In this document: in pieces, positions 12,768 to 24,989 of the stretch | How positions within the stretch are numbered: the first letter of the stretch is position 1 | Layout of the letters: each line of letters opens with the position of its first letter | Assembly: GCA_964035545.1 (NCBI GenBank) | Contig: CAXIUT010000250.1 | Coordinates: 23,946-56,185 of the forward strand | Length of the DNA stretch: 32,240 bases | Reading direction: 5' to 3' | DNA from: Bugula neritina | Lineage: Eukaryota; Animalia; Bryozoa | Position numbers and translations under genes: made by a program | The notes under the pieces: generated by a model | What the model was told of the DNA's origin: nothing | What the model saw: the letters and a program-made list of their open reading frames with translations, nothing else | Database searches by the model: none

Positions 12768-13752
12768 ATGAATCAAAGTTTTGATGCCAGCAATAGCTAT
12801 CACCTCCCTAGAATCTCTCAAAACGATTCTACGTATCTAAAAACATCAAGAGCTAATAACCAAGAAATGAGACGATCTATGTCCCAGCATCAAACCAATA
12901 ATAAGAAAGCAAGTTTAACACAAAAAATAGTGATGATGGAAGATATAAGAAACGTTGATGAATATGACAAGATGAATGAAAAAGATCTATTAAGATAACA
13001 TTAAAAATTACTTAAAGTATTAAAAAAGTTTCAATAAATAATCGATATGAATCTCAAAAAAAACAAAAATAAAGATAAAAAGCAAGCAAACCTCATTCAT
13101 CCAGATAAGATATCTACAACGGATAAGTTGCAAATAATAAAAAAATTATTGATAACTATCAAAAATAACTTAAATAGCTAGATTTACTTAAAAAATGCAG
13201 AAAACTTCATTAAGTTATCTAATAAAAAAGTCAAGTTCAAATTCAATAAATAAACTTAAAAAAGATATCTTCCAACTTAAAAATTAAGATAATATGGCTG
13301 GACGTAGTCTAGTTGCTGATAGAGGTATTATCTAAAAATAACTCAAATAACATTAAAAAGATCTGAAAATCTAATTAATCAAAAAACAATAATACCAAAA
13401 GAAACTATAAGATCTCACTATTATGCTTGCTGATTTAAAGAAAGATTGTTAAGGAATTAAAATAACATAAATAAATAACCAAAAAAATCATAACTAAGAA
13501 ATTGCTCAGAAGATAGCTCTCAAACGAAGATAACTAGATGAAGCCACAAAAGCATATGTTACTTATGAGTAAGGCATTCAAGACAATATGGTTGCAAAGG
13601 CGAAAAGAAACAAAAATGTTGCAAAATAGATCTAAGTTTGTGATAAGAGAATAGCTGAGCTTAATGGAAAAATTCAAAAATACAAAGAAAAAGTAACCAG
13701 ATATCAAGAAGCAATGGAAATCATTCCAAAAGATAAACAACATGCATAGTGA
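12768..13752 (+). CDS. Coiled-coil protein; reading frame interrupted by two apparent -1 shifts
   Basis: Frame +3 from ATG 12768, then frame +2 for about 13060-13260 (KIIDNYQKELKELDLL), then frame +1 from about 13260 to TGA 13750-13752. No canonical 20-nt intron bridges the shifts. Confidence 0.55.
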
Positions 13753-13777
13753 TTATTAAATTTTATGTCTATCATTA

Positions 13778-15091
13778 TCATGGCTTTCTAGCTGAACTTA
13801 TATTTGATTTATTTGGCTTCTGAATCCTTCTGCTCTGACATTCTTGCTTTATCTACTACAACCTAGAATCTTTTATTATCACAGGCTCACTTTACATCTT
13901 ATCTTTATACTACTTCATCTTTCTGATCTTCATCCCTTCCCAAGCATTCAATAACTACTTCTATATATCTGTCAATTCAGTTGTCATCAGATCTCCTAAC
14001 TCAGTTATGTTGTTAGTATCAGTTACAACTTTTTCATTCTACTAGTACTAGAATTGCATAACTCCAAAGAAATTCAGTTATTTATACTAATCTTTAAACC
14101 ACACAGTATTTAGATTTTTGACCTTAATATCTCGATTAATTTCAATATAATGGACCATTTTGTAAGTCATGTAAAGACTATACTATTCAGGCATCTCTTT
14201 AAGCATCTGTTAATATTAGTCTAGTAAATCCATAGGAATATAATCTTTAGAATACTTAGATAAAAGACCAATTTATGTTTTCATCTGAGTTAGACTTCGA
14301 TTAAACATCAGTGTATTTTGAGGCTTACGATAATCTAGATACTAACTAACTATAAATTCTGATTCTCTTTAATGAGGTTTAACAAATCCTTGGATTAATT
14401 AAATATTGGCTGTTTTAGTTGCTGATTTAAGTAGCAAACGTAGTTGTTTTTCAGTAACCAATTAAAGTCCTTTATCTTTATATTTTACTATTGCGACTTC
14501 TTTACCTGGATGATTATGTGTTTTGATGGTAACAGGTTAATCTTAATGCGAATCAGAATGAAAAGTAAAGTTTTTAGGTTTATTTTAAGGATTATCATTG
14601 CTAACTCCGTGTTTAAAACTAGGAATAACAGTCTAAAAATATTTAATATGCACATTATTATCTCCAAACTGAGGACCCTGCCCTCCAGCTTTCTTCACAT
14701 CCACAAATACATTAGCTATCTGCTTCTTTATCTATGGAGTCAATTGCACCATAATAAAAGCCTGCCCTTTAGTTTTAAATAAAGTTTTAGCCTACCCATT
14801 CTAAAAGAAACATAGTTCTGGCATATTAATTTTGAAAAATATTTTATGATCAACTGATGAGAGAAAGTTAAAGAATTTTTTCATTTTGCTTAGATCTATT
14901 TTAAACATAGTATTAGACTGTTTTAAAAACTCCAATCCCTTCTACCTATTATCATACCTTTCCATACAAATAGCACATTGACAATACTGACTTTCTTAAG
15001 CTGTTTAAAAAAATTTATTAACCACTGACTACAATGCATTCAATCCGATGTTTTTTTCATTATGGTGTTGTGTAACTTTTTATTTATTCAT
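13778..15091 (-). CDS. Hypothetical protein
   Basis: 438-codon uninterrupted ATG-to-TGA ORF under TAR=Glu, with a CxCxxC near the N-terminus; no family recognised. Confidence 0.7.
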
Positions 15092-15118
15092 TGATAAATA
15101 TATATAATACTATGCATA

Positions 15119-15853
15119 TCATCCTATTCGATAACCTTGACCTGAAAAATACTACCCTCTTTGGTTATTTCTGGGGGATGGAACTTAACGAGGGACTTGT
15201 TGAGATTGATTTTACGATATTATTTGTCCTCTTTGATTTGGTTAAAAATAGGTTTTAAGGAAAGTCGGAGGAGGAAAGATTTAACCATTTTTTTATATAA
15301 AGTTAGGACTTTTGATCATTCCCAAAAGAAGACCAATAAGAAAGCCAGCCATATAGTTTTTAAAAGAACTTCCCAGCAAAATCATAACAGCTGCATAGAT
15401 AATAGGAAAATAGACACTATGTATTCCAACAGTAGAAGTCAGATAAAAGCAATCTGTAGGATGTTGTACAGCCCACATCATAAACAGAATCATAATGAAT
15501 GAACTTCCATAGAAATAAAGACTCCCAAAAGTAGAAAATATAGCCAAAAATATGATAGATAAGATAAAAGTCCAAGTAAAAGCTGCTTTTTATCTTTAAG
15601 GATATATCTTACTCGCAGCTTTAGTAAAAGCAAGCATTGCAAAAGCTATATGAAATGGCAATAGATAACCGATTCGACTCAAATAAAGAATAGCTGTGAA
15701 AGGTCGCCATATTCCAAACTAAAACACAGTACCTTTGAAAGTGTAACTAAGCGAATAAGGATCGATAGATTATGTATATACCATTATAGATAGCATAATA
15801 GTTGATGCTATATATATCTTGCCTAAGGTAGGGATACTTTGCGATCGATTCAT
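15119..15853 (-). CDS. Derlin (Der1-like ERAD rhomboid pseudoprotease)
   Basis: 245 codons; IPTLGKIY, IWRPFTAILY, several transmembrane segments, YFPIIY, PPTFLK, C-terminal SHP box FSGQGYRIG. Confidence 0.85.
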
Positions 15854-15904
15854 TATAATAATATTTAATACTTATCAATAAGTACAAAAGATAATAAGAT
15901 GATA

Positions 15905-18366
15905 TCAATAGAAAATACCTTGAGCCCAATATTGAAATCGATCGTACCATTTAGAAGCCCAATTATCCAAACTCAAATTCACCAACTTTTGACAATGCTC
16001 ATTCAAAAGAGAATCATTTGTCACTCCTGCTGGATTCATTCGAGCCTACATCGCATTTATCGAAGCTTCTCCCTTCATAAAACATGGCATCGTCAACCCA
16101 CTTGTTGAATACATCAACTTTACCAACATCAACACCTTGTTCTGATGCTTGCGAATTGCCTTAAAACCACTATATAGATAAATATGTACAGGAAAAAGTA
16201 TTATCTGAACTTTTTGAAGTAGTAAGAGTCAGGTCCATCAAGAACTTCAACTTGCTCTGATAAAAGTTTAAAAGGGCAATCTCTTTATAACTCAATCCCT
16301 TTCCCAGGCATATTAGAAAGGAAAAATCCAAAATCGATATGGAATATTTTACCATTTCTATGAAGCAGTATATTTCCATTATGACGATCTTTAGCCTGAA
16401 TAATGTACATAACTAAACTATAGGCAGCTAGACTTTTCATGAAATGTTCTTTTGCTGATACCAAATCTTCAGAGTAGTAGATTTAAAAAAATTATCTAAG
16501 AGTAATTTTAGTGGGAAAAGAAGTTTTTAAGGTTTTTTGAAGGGAATCAAAAGTAACAGAATCTTTAACCATTTCTATAATACCTCTATCAGCACCCATC
16601 GAAAGAACTTCATAAGGAGTCAGAATAAGTGGCAGTTTTTAAAGTCTAAAAATATAGTCGAATTGTTGAATAAGTTGCATAGCAAATTGTTCTTGTTTGA
16701 GATCATCATGAGTCTTAACAATAATATGCAAAATATCCCAAGAAACAATATCACCAAAAATTGAATTCTTTTGTAATTTCTCTTTAGTATCCGATAAAGG
16801 CTATCCAAACATCTTTTCAAAAGCCTCATCATAATATTTTTTAGTATTTATATTATAATTTTTTATTTGCCTGAATGATTTAGATTTATCGCCTTGTTTG
16901 AATGATTGATGAGCTCTGTTTAAAGATTATGTTATCTATTGCTTTTAGTTACCTACCACTGAGACTCTCTAGGTCTACAAAGAGGCAGAATATAACTCTC
17001 TTGGGGCTAGTTATGATGTACCTTCTGGATTTTATGCTTTATGATGATATTAGTTCTCTTTCTAGTTTTTTAGTCTTTATTCCTCCATGATATTTGTCAC
17101 CTTTCCAATTGTACCTCTGATTCCTACACTTGACTGTCTTCTCTTCTTGAACTCAGCAGTTCTTTAGAAGTTTCTACCAAAATAACTAATTCTATTGGAA
17201 AAGTTGGTCATCTTCATAGAAAATGATTTACTTTCAAAGTAATAGGAGTTTCAACATTAACCCAGAACTTTTATTGATCCATTGGATTTAATTTGTCTGA
17301 GGGACAATAAGTTTAGATACAAAGACAAACAGGAGCTCTTTCTTTAGTTGAAAATACTCTCACTTATGAAGTAACTATTTTGAGGATATTGCACAATCTA
17401 TAAGAATCTTAGTAATAATCTAAATACTTTTAGAAAAAGGAATATAAGCAGTGCAAGGTAATTTTTAATTAATACTTTTGACATATTAGATAACTTTTCC
17501 TTTTTTATCAGAATATTGTTTGAGTTAATCACAGATAGCAAAAAGGTCCTAAAAAAAGAGAATAGTCGACTAGAAAGAGGTAGAATTATCAATATCTGAA
17601 AATATCGATTGATAGTGTTTCAATACTACGTCCTATCCTGTAACTTTCACCTATTGACCATACTAATCTTTATTGGTTTGATAGTCATATACAATTTTCT
17701 TTGTCTTGCTATCCAAAGGATACTACTACTTAACAACTGTATCAATATAGAGATCCAAACAGGTGAGGTTGATATTTCTATAATGAACAGCTAAATTTTT
17801 AATAAAATTGTTATTGTACTAGATAACAGGTTTTAGGACTTGTATTTAATTTTTACTAACATTTTTTTATAAAGATTTCATGTAGAAATAAAAGAGATGG
17901 GCAAAATAGTAATTTAATTTACACATCTTTTCAATAGCTTCTTTCAGGTAGTTGTTTTAGAGACTACGATAAAACACTATAAAATTGCACAACTGAGGCA
18001 ACTAAATTAGCTACAATTTTACATAAAATTCCAGATCGGTACGATAATTGATCACCCCAGTACACGGATTTATCTTGCATTTCTCAATATGTTTCTATGG
18101 AATTGAATCATCATTGCAAACATATATCAGAATCATCAACTTAACTGGATCAAGAATCAGTTAGTCCTATATTAATCATTAAATACACTGTCTTGAACCA
18201 GATAGTCCTAGATCATCCTCTGGATTGTTTACTTGCGACTATCAGAAGTCATAACTTTAGACTCCTGACAACAAGAAAAACATTTACAACAAAATACCTT
18301 CTAACAAAAACCATAGTCCTCTGTCTTTGAAGTCACTATCCCCTAGTATTTAGATGCTACGTTCAT
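15905..18366 (-). CDS. Phosphatidylinositol 4-kinase type III beta (Pik1-like)
   Basis: 787 codons after five introns (18167-18186, 18002-18022, 17408-17427, 17212-17231, 16170-16189). DLEFYLPQL, VFSTKERAP, IIVKTHDDLKQEQFAMQLI, SLAAYSL, KDRHNGNILL, HIDFGF, PFKL, YDRFQYWAQGIFY. Confidence 0.96.
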
Positions 18367-18539
18367 GTGTTGATTGTTATTAATAAATCAATTAAAATCA
18401 CCTTTAACCATATCATACTGTCATTTTAATTTAAACAATAAAATCAATGCAGTCAGAATATAAAGATTAAATAATTTAGGATAATTATTGAGAAATTAAG
18501 ATTATAGTATTTAGTTTATCAAGGAAATTAGAATAATAA

Positions 18540-19925
18540 ATGCTCAGAAAAATGACAATGAAATCATAAAGACAAAAAATATAATAACTTATCTCAACTT
18601 TTGATAATAAAACATACACTCCTTCTTGCTCATAGGCAGAACTACTATAATAATCATAGCTTTTATCATTTTACTTCAAAAACCTTCATCAACACATCAC
18701 TCCTAACAACTACCTCTCATAAAAACGATACTAAATCCTCACAGATGGATTATACATACTCCTCAAAGGATAAATCAGCTTTATGTATTCAAGAACATCA
18801 TAAACAAATGAGAAGAATATTAATAAATCTAAAATAAATGGAAGTAGAAGTCTCAATGGAACCGCACTCATCAACCAAACCTTTAGCGTCTTTAAATGCT
18901 AAAGTAAAAATTGTACTGTACTCTAAGATAGCGCTCTCATCAAAATAGAAGAATAATAAGCTGCATAGTGCAAATTCTACTAACTATACAACGCCAGAAA
19001 ATAATTATATGACAAACACTACCTCTCTATAGATCATTAATATCTTGTTGACGTCGAAGACTATTCAAATGTATTCAGTGTCGATACTAATATCCACTCC
19101 AACTTCAGATTTAAAAAATATAGTTTTAGACAGATACTTCTGCCTGACTAAGTGGGTATCATAGCATAAGGAAGAGCTAAACTCAAAGAAGGGATAAATC
19201 AAGTTCACTAGCTATAAAAATATGGAACTTTGCTTCCAGATCTAGCATATTAAGTAACCACATCCTCTCTAATTGTTATGCATGTAATCTACAATGAAAC
19301 CATGTTCATGAAGGCATCACCTAAAATAAAAAACAAGAATTTACCTCAACTAAAATAGAAAAAGCAAAATAAATAATCAGGTCTTAAGTATAGTGACTAC
19401 CAATGTTTACTACCAAAGAGATAGAAAGAGAAGAGATAGAGATAGATAACAAGATTATCAAAATAATCATAGCATTATTCAATAATATCATCATTTCTAT
19501 GTCATAAAAGTTTACAATTTGTAAGAAAACAAAATAATTTAAATCGTAGTAGATAATAAAAATAAAATAAATATAAAAATCCTTTAGTATTATTCAACAT
19601 TGTCAATGATAAGCCAAGATTAGCCACTCCTCATTTCAATAAAAAATCAACTCAGTCAGTTAAAAACAAACAAGTAGGATTTAGGATGTAAAAGATGAAT
19701 TCATAAAAATCTAATAATCTTAATATACTAAAAAAGATTAGAATGCCTGTTAAAGATTATTAAAAAATAGTAAAAAAACACTAAAAAAATCAAACTGATG
19801 TAGAACTAGGAACAGTATATAAATCTAAAAGCTTATTTAGACTTGCCTCAGGAAAAAATATGACACAAGATCTATAATAATAAGATAATAGTATCAACTT
19901 TTTACCCTATAGATATTAAACCTGA
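18540..19925 (+). CDS. Hypothetical protein with possible degenerate cyclic-nucleotide-binding-like folds
   Basis: 462-codon ORF. GLYILLKGEISF...CTVLEDSALIKIE and VGIIAEGRAKL resemble cNMP-binding beta-roll strands; K-rich tail. Confidence 0.6.
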
Positions 19926-20064
19926 TCTCTTTTTATACTATCTAAATATAAATCAATATCAATTCATAATTTGATAATTAAGATGCAGGTCACATAATAT
20001 TGATTGAATGTGTAGTAGTAAGATATTACACAAAATCAAATCAAATTATAATTTTATAACTTAC

Positions 20065-20464
20065 ATGGACGAAGGCGATGTACCTATCTCTTGACTCAGA
20101 AATAATTTATTTCAGAAGAAGTCATCAAAATAATGGATGATGCTGTCAACAACCTCTTCGGAATCAGATAAGATCAAGCTGAAAAAGATGTCAAAGCCAT
20201 CTACAACAAAGAAAAAGCCAACACCAACATCAACAACCTCATCGATCACGTCATCAGAGGACTCTGCAAACTCAACAAACCCTTCAAATATTCAGTCACT
20301 GGAGTCATCATGCAAAACAACGGAGCCGGACTCAATACCTGCTGTATCATATCACCTATCTAGCACTCGCCTGCAACGACCCGAACAACGACGGTGTTGT
20401 CACCCTGCAAAGAGAAGTCGGACACAATATCCTAGTCATCACCATCTTCGCCATGCAAATCTGA
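20065..20464 (+). CDS. Dynein light chain, Tctex-1 family
   Basis: After 20-nt introns at 20080-20099 and 20344-20363: FISEEVIKIM...[38 protein letters not shown]...ITIFAMQI. Confidence 0.93.
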
Positions 20465-20558
20465 TGTTCATCTTGCTATTGTTTTATTAATAGTTTATTC
20501 ATAAGTGAAAGTATGGTTAAATGAACAGATGATTTATATATACTAAGATCCGAAAATA

Positions 20559-23057
20559 TCAAGCAGTAATAAAGCTCGAAGAATTACCCTCTGCATCCAA
20601 TTTATCAACTTTGATAGCTACTTTTTTATTTTACATCGACTGCTTCAACTGCTATAACAACTCCTTCTTGATCTCACGATTCCCTCTCATATCAATCGTT
20701 ATATCGTCTGTCTTCTAACAACACTCCCGGACCACCTTTATTATATTTCCCATCGTCTCAGATGTCAAATCGCAACTTTATAAATTCAAGTCAACTGTTG
20801 ATAAACTACGCATTTTCAAAAGACAACTTGCCAAGTAATTAGCTGCATAGTCACCTATGTTGGTTCCTTAGAGGTTTAGTTTCAACTTTTTTACCTTTTT
20901 AGTCCGAATCAAACCAGCACAAATACACTGAACTCCATCAAAATTAACTTAATTGTATCTCACACTCAAATCTAACTCCTATAATTTTGGCTACTGAGAT
21001 ATCAGTCGACCAAGGTAGTGACTTCCTTTTTCAGTAAAGCCACAAGTATCAAAAACCAATCTTAATTTACATATAGATTTAAGGTTTAGAATCGAATTAC
21101 AAAGATATTTGAAGGCAAAATCTGAAAGTTTATTATTGGATATATTAAGATCTAGTGATTCTATTTTATTAAGTTATTCAAGAAAAGGTGACCCATTCTT
21201 TAAAGCTTTCTATGAAAATTAGTTATTCATCAAGTTCATTTTAAGTTCTTGTAGTGACTATAGCTTAGAAATGGTCTTAAGGAACTAGGTAAAACCTTTA
21301 TCTGATATTTAAGAACTAAATAAATTTATAATTACTTTCTGAAATATAACTTAAGAGAAGATAAAGTCTTCATACTGACACAAAGATCACCTACAGCATA
21401 GATTCCTTATTCTCTCATTGAATTGTTTGAAATATTCAGAGTAAAATCTTTTACTTTTTGAAGACAATAAAGCTATTTTGAAGCTTTTCCAAAATGAAAA
21501 GGATTTATCTTTGTATTTTCAAGATTTATTGATAAACAATTGATATTTTGAGCTGTAGCTATATTTTTAAACATAATTATCAAAAATTACGGTTTTATTT
21601 AGTTGTATCCTAAGTTAAGATCTAAATTTTTAAGTTATGAAAGGTTGGAAAAGTCAAAAAAATCATCAAAAGAGTTATCAATTCTGATATGATTACTAGA
21701 AATATTAAGTTCTAATAGTCTTAGTTCTGTAAGGTGGTTTTTAATGGTTTTAAGTAAAGATTTAAAGCCAGCTCCTGTAATATGATTACTAAATAAATAA
21801 TAATTTACTTCCAAAGATTAAGACTCAAAGTTTTCATATTCTTATTCTTTTATAAAGCCTCAGATATCAAAAACAAGTGCTTATCTGTTACTTTTCCCAT
21901 CTCAATGCTAAGTTTTAATTCTTGAAGTCTCATATATTTTATGTTAATCAAATCTTCAAGGATATCTCTTTCAGGTTGTTTACTATTACCAATATTAGTT
22001 TGAATAGAAATATTGAGTTTTTAAAAATTATTTTATGTGCTTACCAAGTTTTGCATCTGATTCAAATTTTATATCTTATCAATTACTATCAAACTACTTG
22101 ATTATAAGTTGTTAAGAAGTTTAGGATCCAACTATAAAGTCTTATTTATTTTCTATATCATTAATAATATACGTTTCTTAGCAAGTTATTTTATGAGATA
22201 AACTTTGATAACTCAATGAAATCCAAACGATTTGAGACCTACTGTTCTAACATCTTTCTCAAAACCTTTCCCAAACCTATCACGTTAGGATACATATCTT
22301 TGATTATTTGAATTCTGTCCTAGATCTTTTATGCCTATTTATTCAGTCTATCATCTATCTTTTTCAATGAACAAAACTCCAAAAACAATAATCCCAAAGA
22401 ATAAGTATCACTTTTGTAAGCTTTATAGTTGACAAGATGTCTTTTTTATCTATAGGCTTTGAAAAGTTCAGGAGAAAGGTAATAAGGAGTACCGATTACT
22501 GTCATTTCCTTCGTGTAGTCACAAAAATCAACAGCAGCTCCTGCACCCACGTCACAAACCTTAAAATACAATGGATCTTATGAAAATAGCAAGATATTGG
22601 AAGGTTTAATATCTCTATGTGCGACCTATGACTGCTGCAAGTGAGTGAAGACCTCAATCATACTGGTAATGAACATGATGATATCTTATTGTTCGAAGGG
22701 TTCTTTTCTGGAAGAAAGGTATGTTTTCAGGTTGGCAATACCTTTCTCCATTTGAATATATCCTTTCTTATAGGAGTTAATATTTCCTCTTGTCTCCTGA
22801 AGACAATAACATCCTCGGAATTATACGATATTCGGGTGAGGATTCACTTTGATCTTTGCCAATAGTTCTATCTCCTTGCGGAATATAAATTCAGCCTGCT
22901 TGTCATCTAACCGGATCTATTTGACGCACTCAATATTGTTCTCCTCGTCGAGAACCTAGTAGACGATACTATTGCCTGTACCGATTACTTGTCGGATTTT
23001 GAAACGATCATACAGCTACCGTTATCCGCTAATGAACTTGATGCTTTTATTGCTCAT
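20559..23057 (-). CDS. Ser/Thr protein kinase with C-terminal RI-like leucine-rich repeats
   Basis: 813 codons after 20-nt introns at 22153-22172, 21789-21808 and 21316-21335. HPNIV, AHRDIKPSNILL, KVCDVG, GTPYYLSPE, KSDTYSLG; then repeats such as LSLNLWNNHI, LDLNISNNKL and LNLEGTNIGD. Confidence 0.92.
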
Positions 23058-23393
23058 CTTTAAATGTATAATCAAATATCAAACAACTGAGACTACCTTC
23101 TCATCTTCATCTCTTTCTTCCTCCACTCTTTATTGATCTACTATTTTTCATTCCACCTACAATCGCTCCTTCTCTTTGATTTTATCTTCCGTTTTTCCAT
23201 AACTACTATCCCAATATAGGATGAGATTGAACTTGAGGCTCAAGCGTTTTATTTCTCAAAGAGATCATGAGACAAAAGGATCATACTAAAACGAAAAGAG
23301 GTTCAGTTTCTTAAATAAAAGCATTTGAGTTCAGGTTGCATTTCTTTTGAGTTAGTTGATAAATAAAGATCAATAATCGTTATAAAACGTAAA

Positions 23394-24136
23394 TCATTTT
23401 CTAGCCAACAAAATATCTATTTTCTTGAAGTCCCAATAAAGAGTCAACATGTAAAAGACAATAAAGTAACAAATTACCCATTCCACCAAATGCTACAAAC
23501 CTAAAACGTCCAATAACTGCATTACATAAGCCACAGCCAATATGATTGCTATATATCCAGCATAACTCTTAAACTTAAAGTTCCACTCTTACATAAAATG
23601 TTTGATCGCCCATAACTATCTGTAAATACTAGAAGCTGTCCATATCATTTTGAATGCCAAAAGCCAAAACAGTCGAGAACCATAGAAATAAAGGGTATGG
23701 TTGAGATCTCCTCCATCTGAGATAGCGGCTGTTGATAGACATAGTGAAATACAGGCTACAACAGAGTAGATTCCGAAGTTATTTAGTCGAGATTAGACTT
23801 ATCCTTTGATTTCGAAGCTTTTCATTTGAAGATAATTTCTTAATAATTAAGTAAGTACTTGAGAGTTTGGAAAGAAATACAGAAGAGTACAGGGAAAACC
23901 ATCATTCCAATTCTGAATAGAATATATTATGGATAATGAATAGCTGGATGCAAGATGTCTGTTCTTGGAATAGGATACACATCAGGTGGACTCTTCATTC
24001 GAGCTTCAGCATAAGTCAGAGTAAAACTAAGAAAACCAATGATGAAAGCCAAAAGAGGAAAAGCTTTTCCTGAGAAGCCGAATCCAGCCGATTTGATTCT
24101 TTGAGGTTGATATAAAACTTATGAGTTCATATCCAT
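23394..24136 (-). CDS. Frag1/DRAM/Sfk1 (TMEM150-like) membrane protein
   Basis: 241 codons after a 20-nt intron at 23839-23858. Multi-pass membrane protein; AIHYPEYILFR and LVEWVICYFIVFYMLTLYWDF match family motifs. Confidence 0.75.
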
Positions 24137-24281
24137 TATGATTTTTATATAGATTTTTAATAATTACGATGATTGATAAATGAAATATATGAGATTAACT
24201 TAATATTTTAGATCAACAAATAATTAAAAAGAGCTCAATTAATTATAAATAATAACAAAATATATAAAACACAGTATAAAA

Positions 24282-24909
24282 ATGTGGAAAGCATCAAACA
24301 AAAAGAAATATTAAACAAAAAACACTTTTATCATGAAAGGATCAGCAAGATGTTACTACACCTCAAAGGTAACAGTCTAATTTGATCAACTAAATTAAAA
24401 TGGTAAATATATCCATCCAAGTATGAGATAACTACAACGTCAACAACTAATTTTACCAACTTTTAATCATGACAAAATATATTTCACTCCAACTTTTAAA
24501 CTTCCATCCTAAACAACAGATATAGAACGGTACATGGAAAAACATTCTAACAAGTTGATCCAATATTAGCCCATCGAATAATCATAAATAGTAAATAATA
24601 TCTTATCTAGATGGAACCAAGACCCAAATAGAAACGATATTGCCATGTCTGTGAAGATAAATTCTAAGATTATTTAGATGTATTTTTGATCTTATCAAGC
24701 ATATCAACTCAGAAAAACACTACGAAGTTGTCCACAAAGACAAATATCACAAAAAGATAGTAAAGCTATGCAAGAAGATCTGGAAGAGAAAAGAGAAAAA
24801 CAAAATACCAGTTGAAGACCGATAATAAGTATAGGAAAGTATAGAACAAGTATAAAGTAAATAAAACAACCAATATACATAAAATCAAATGGTATCTCAT
24901 ACTAACTGA
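24282..24909 (+). CDS. Dbf4-type zinc finger (zf-DBF) protein
   Basis: 196 codons after 20-nt introns at 24591-24610 and 24680-24699. Splicing yields KRYCHVCEDKFEDYLDHINSEKH, the C-x2-C...H...H spacing of Dbf4 motif C. Confidence 0.8.
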
Positions 24910-24989
24910 TCATGAGTTACCTTTCTTATTTCTATCAACTTATCACAGTTCAAAATGCATAAATTATATTAAATAACTCAATCAACGTT

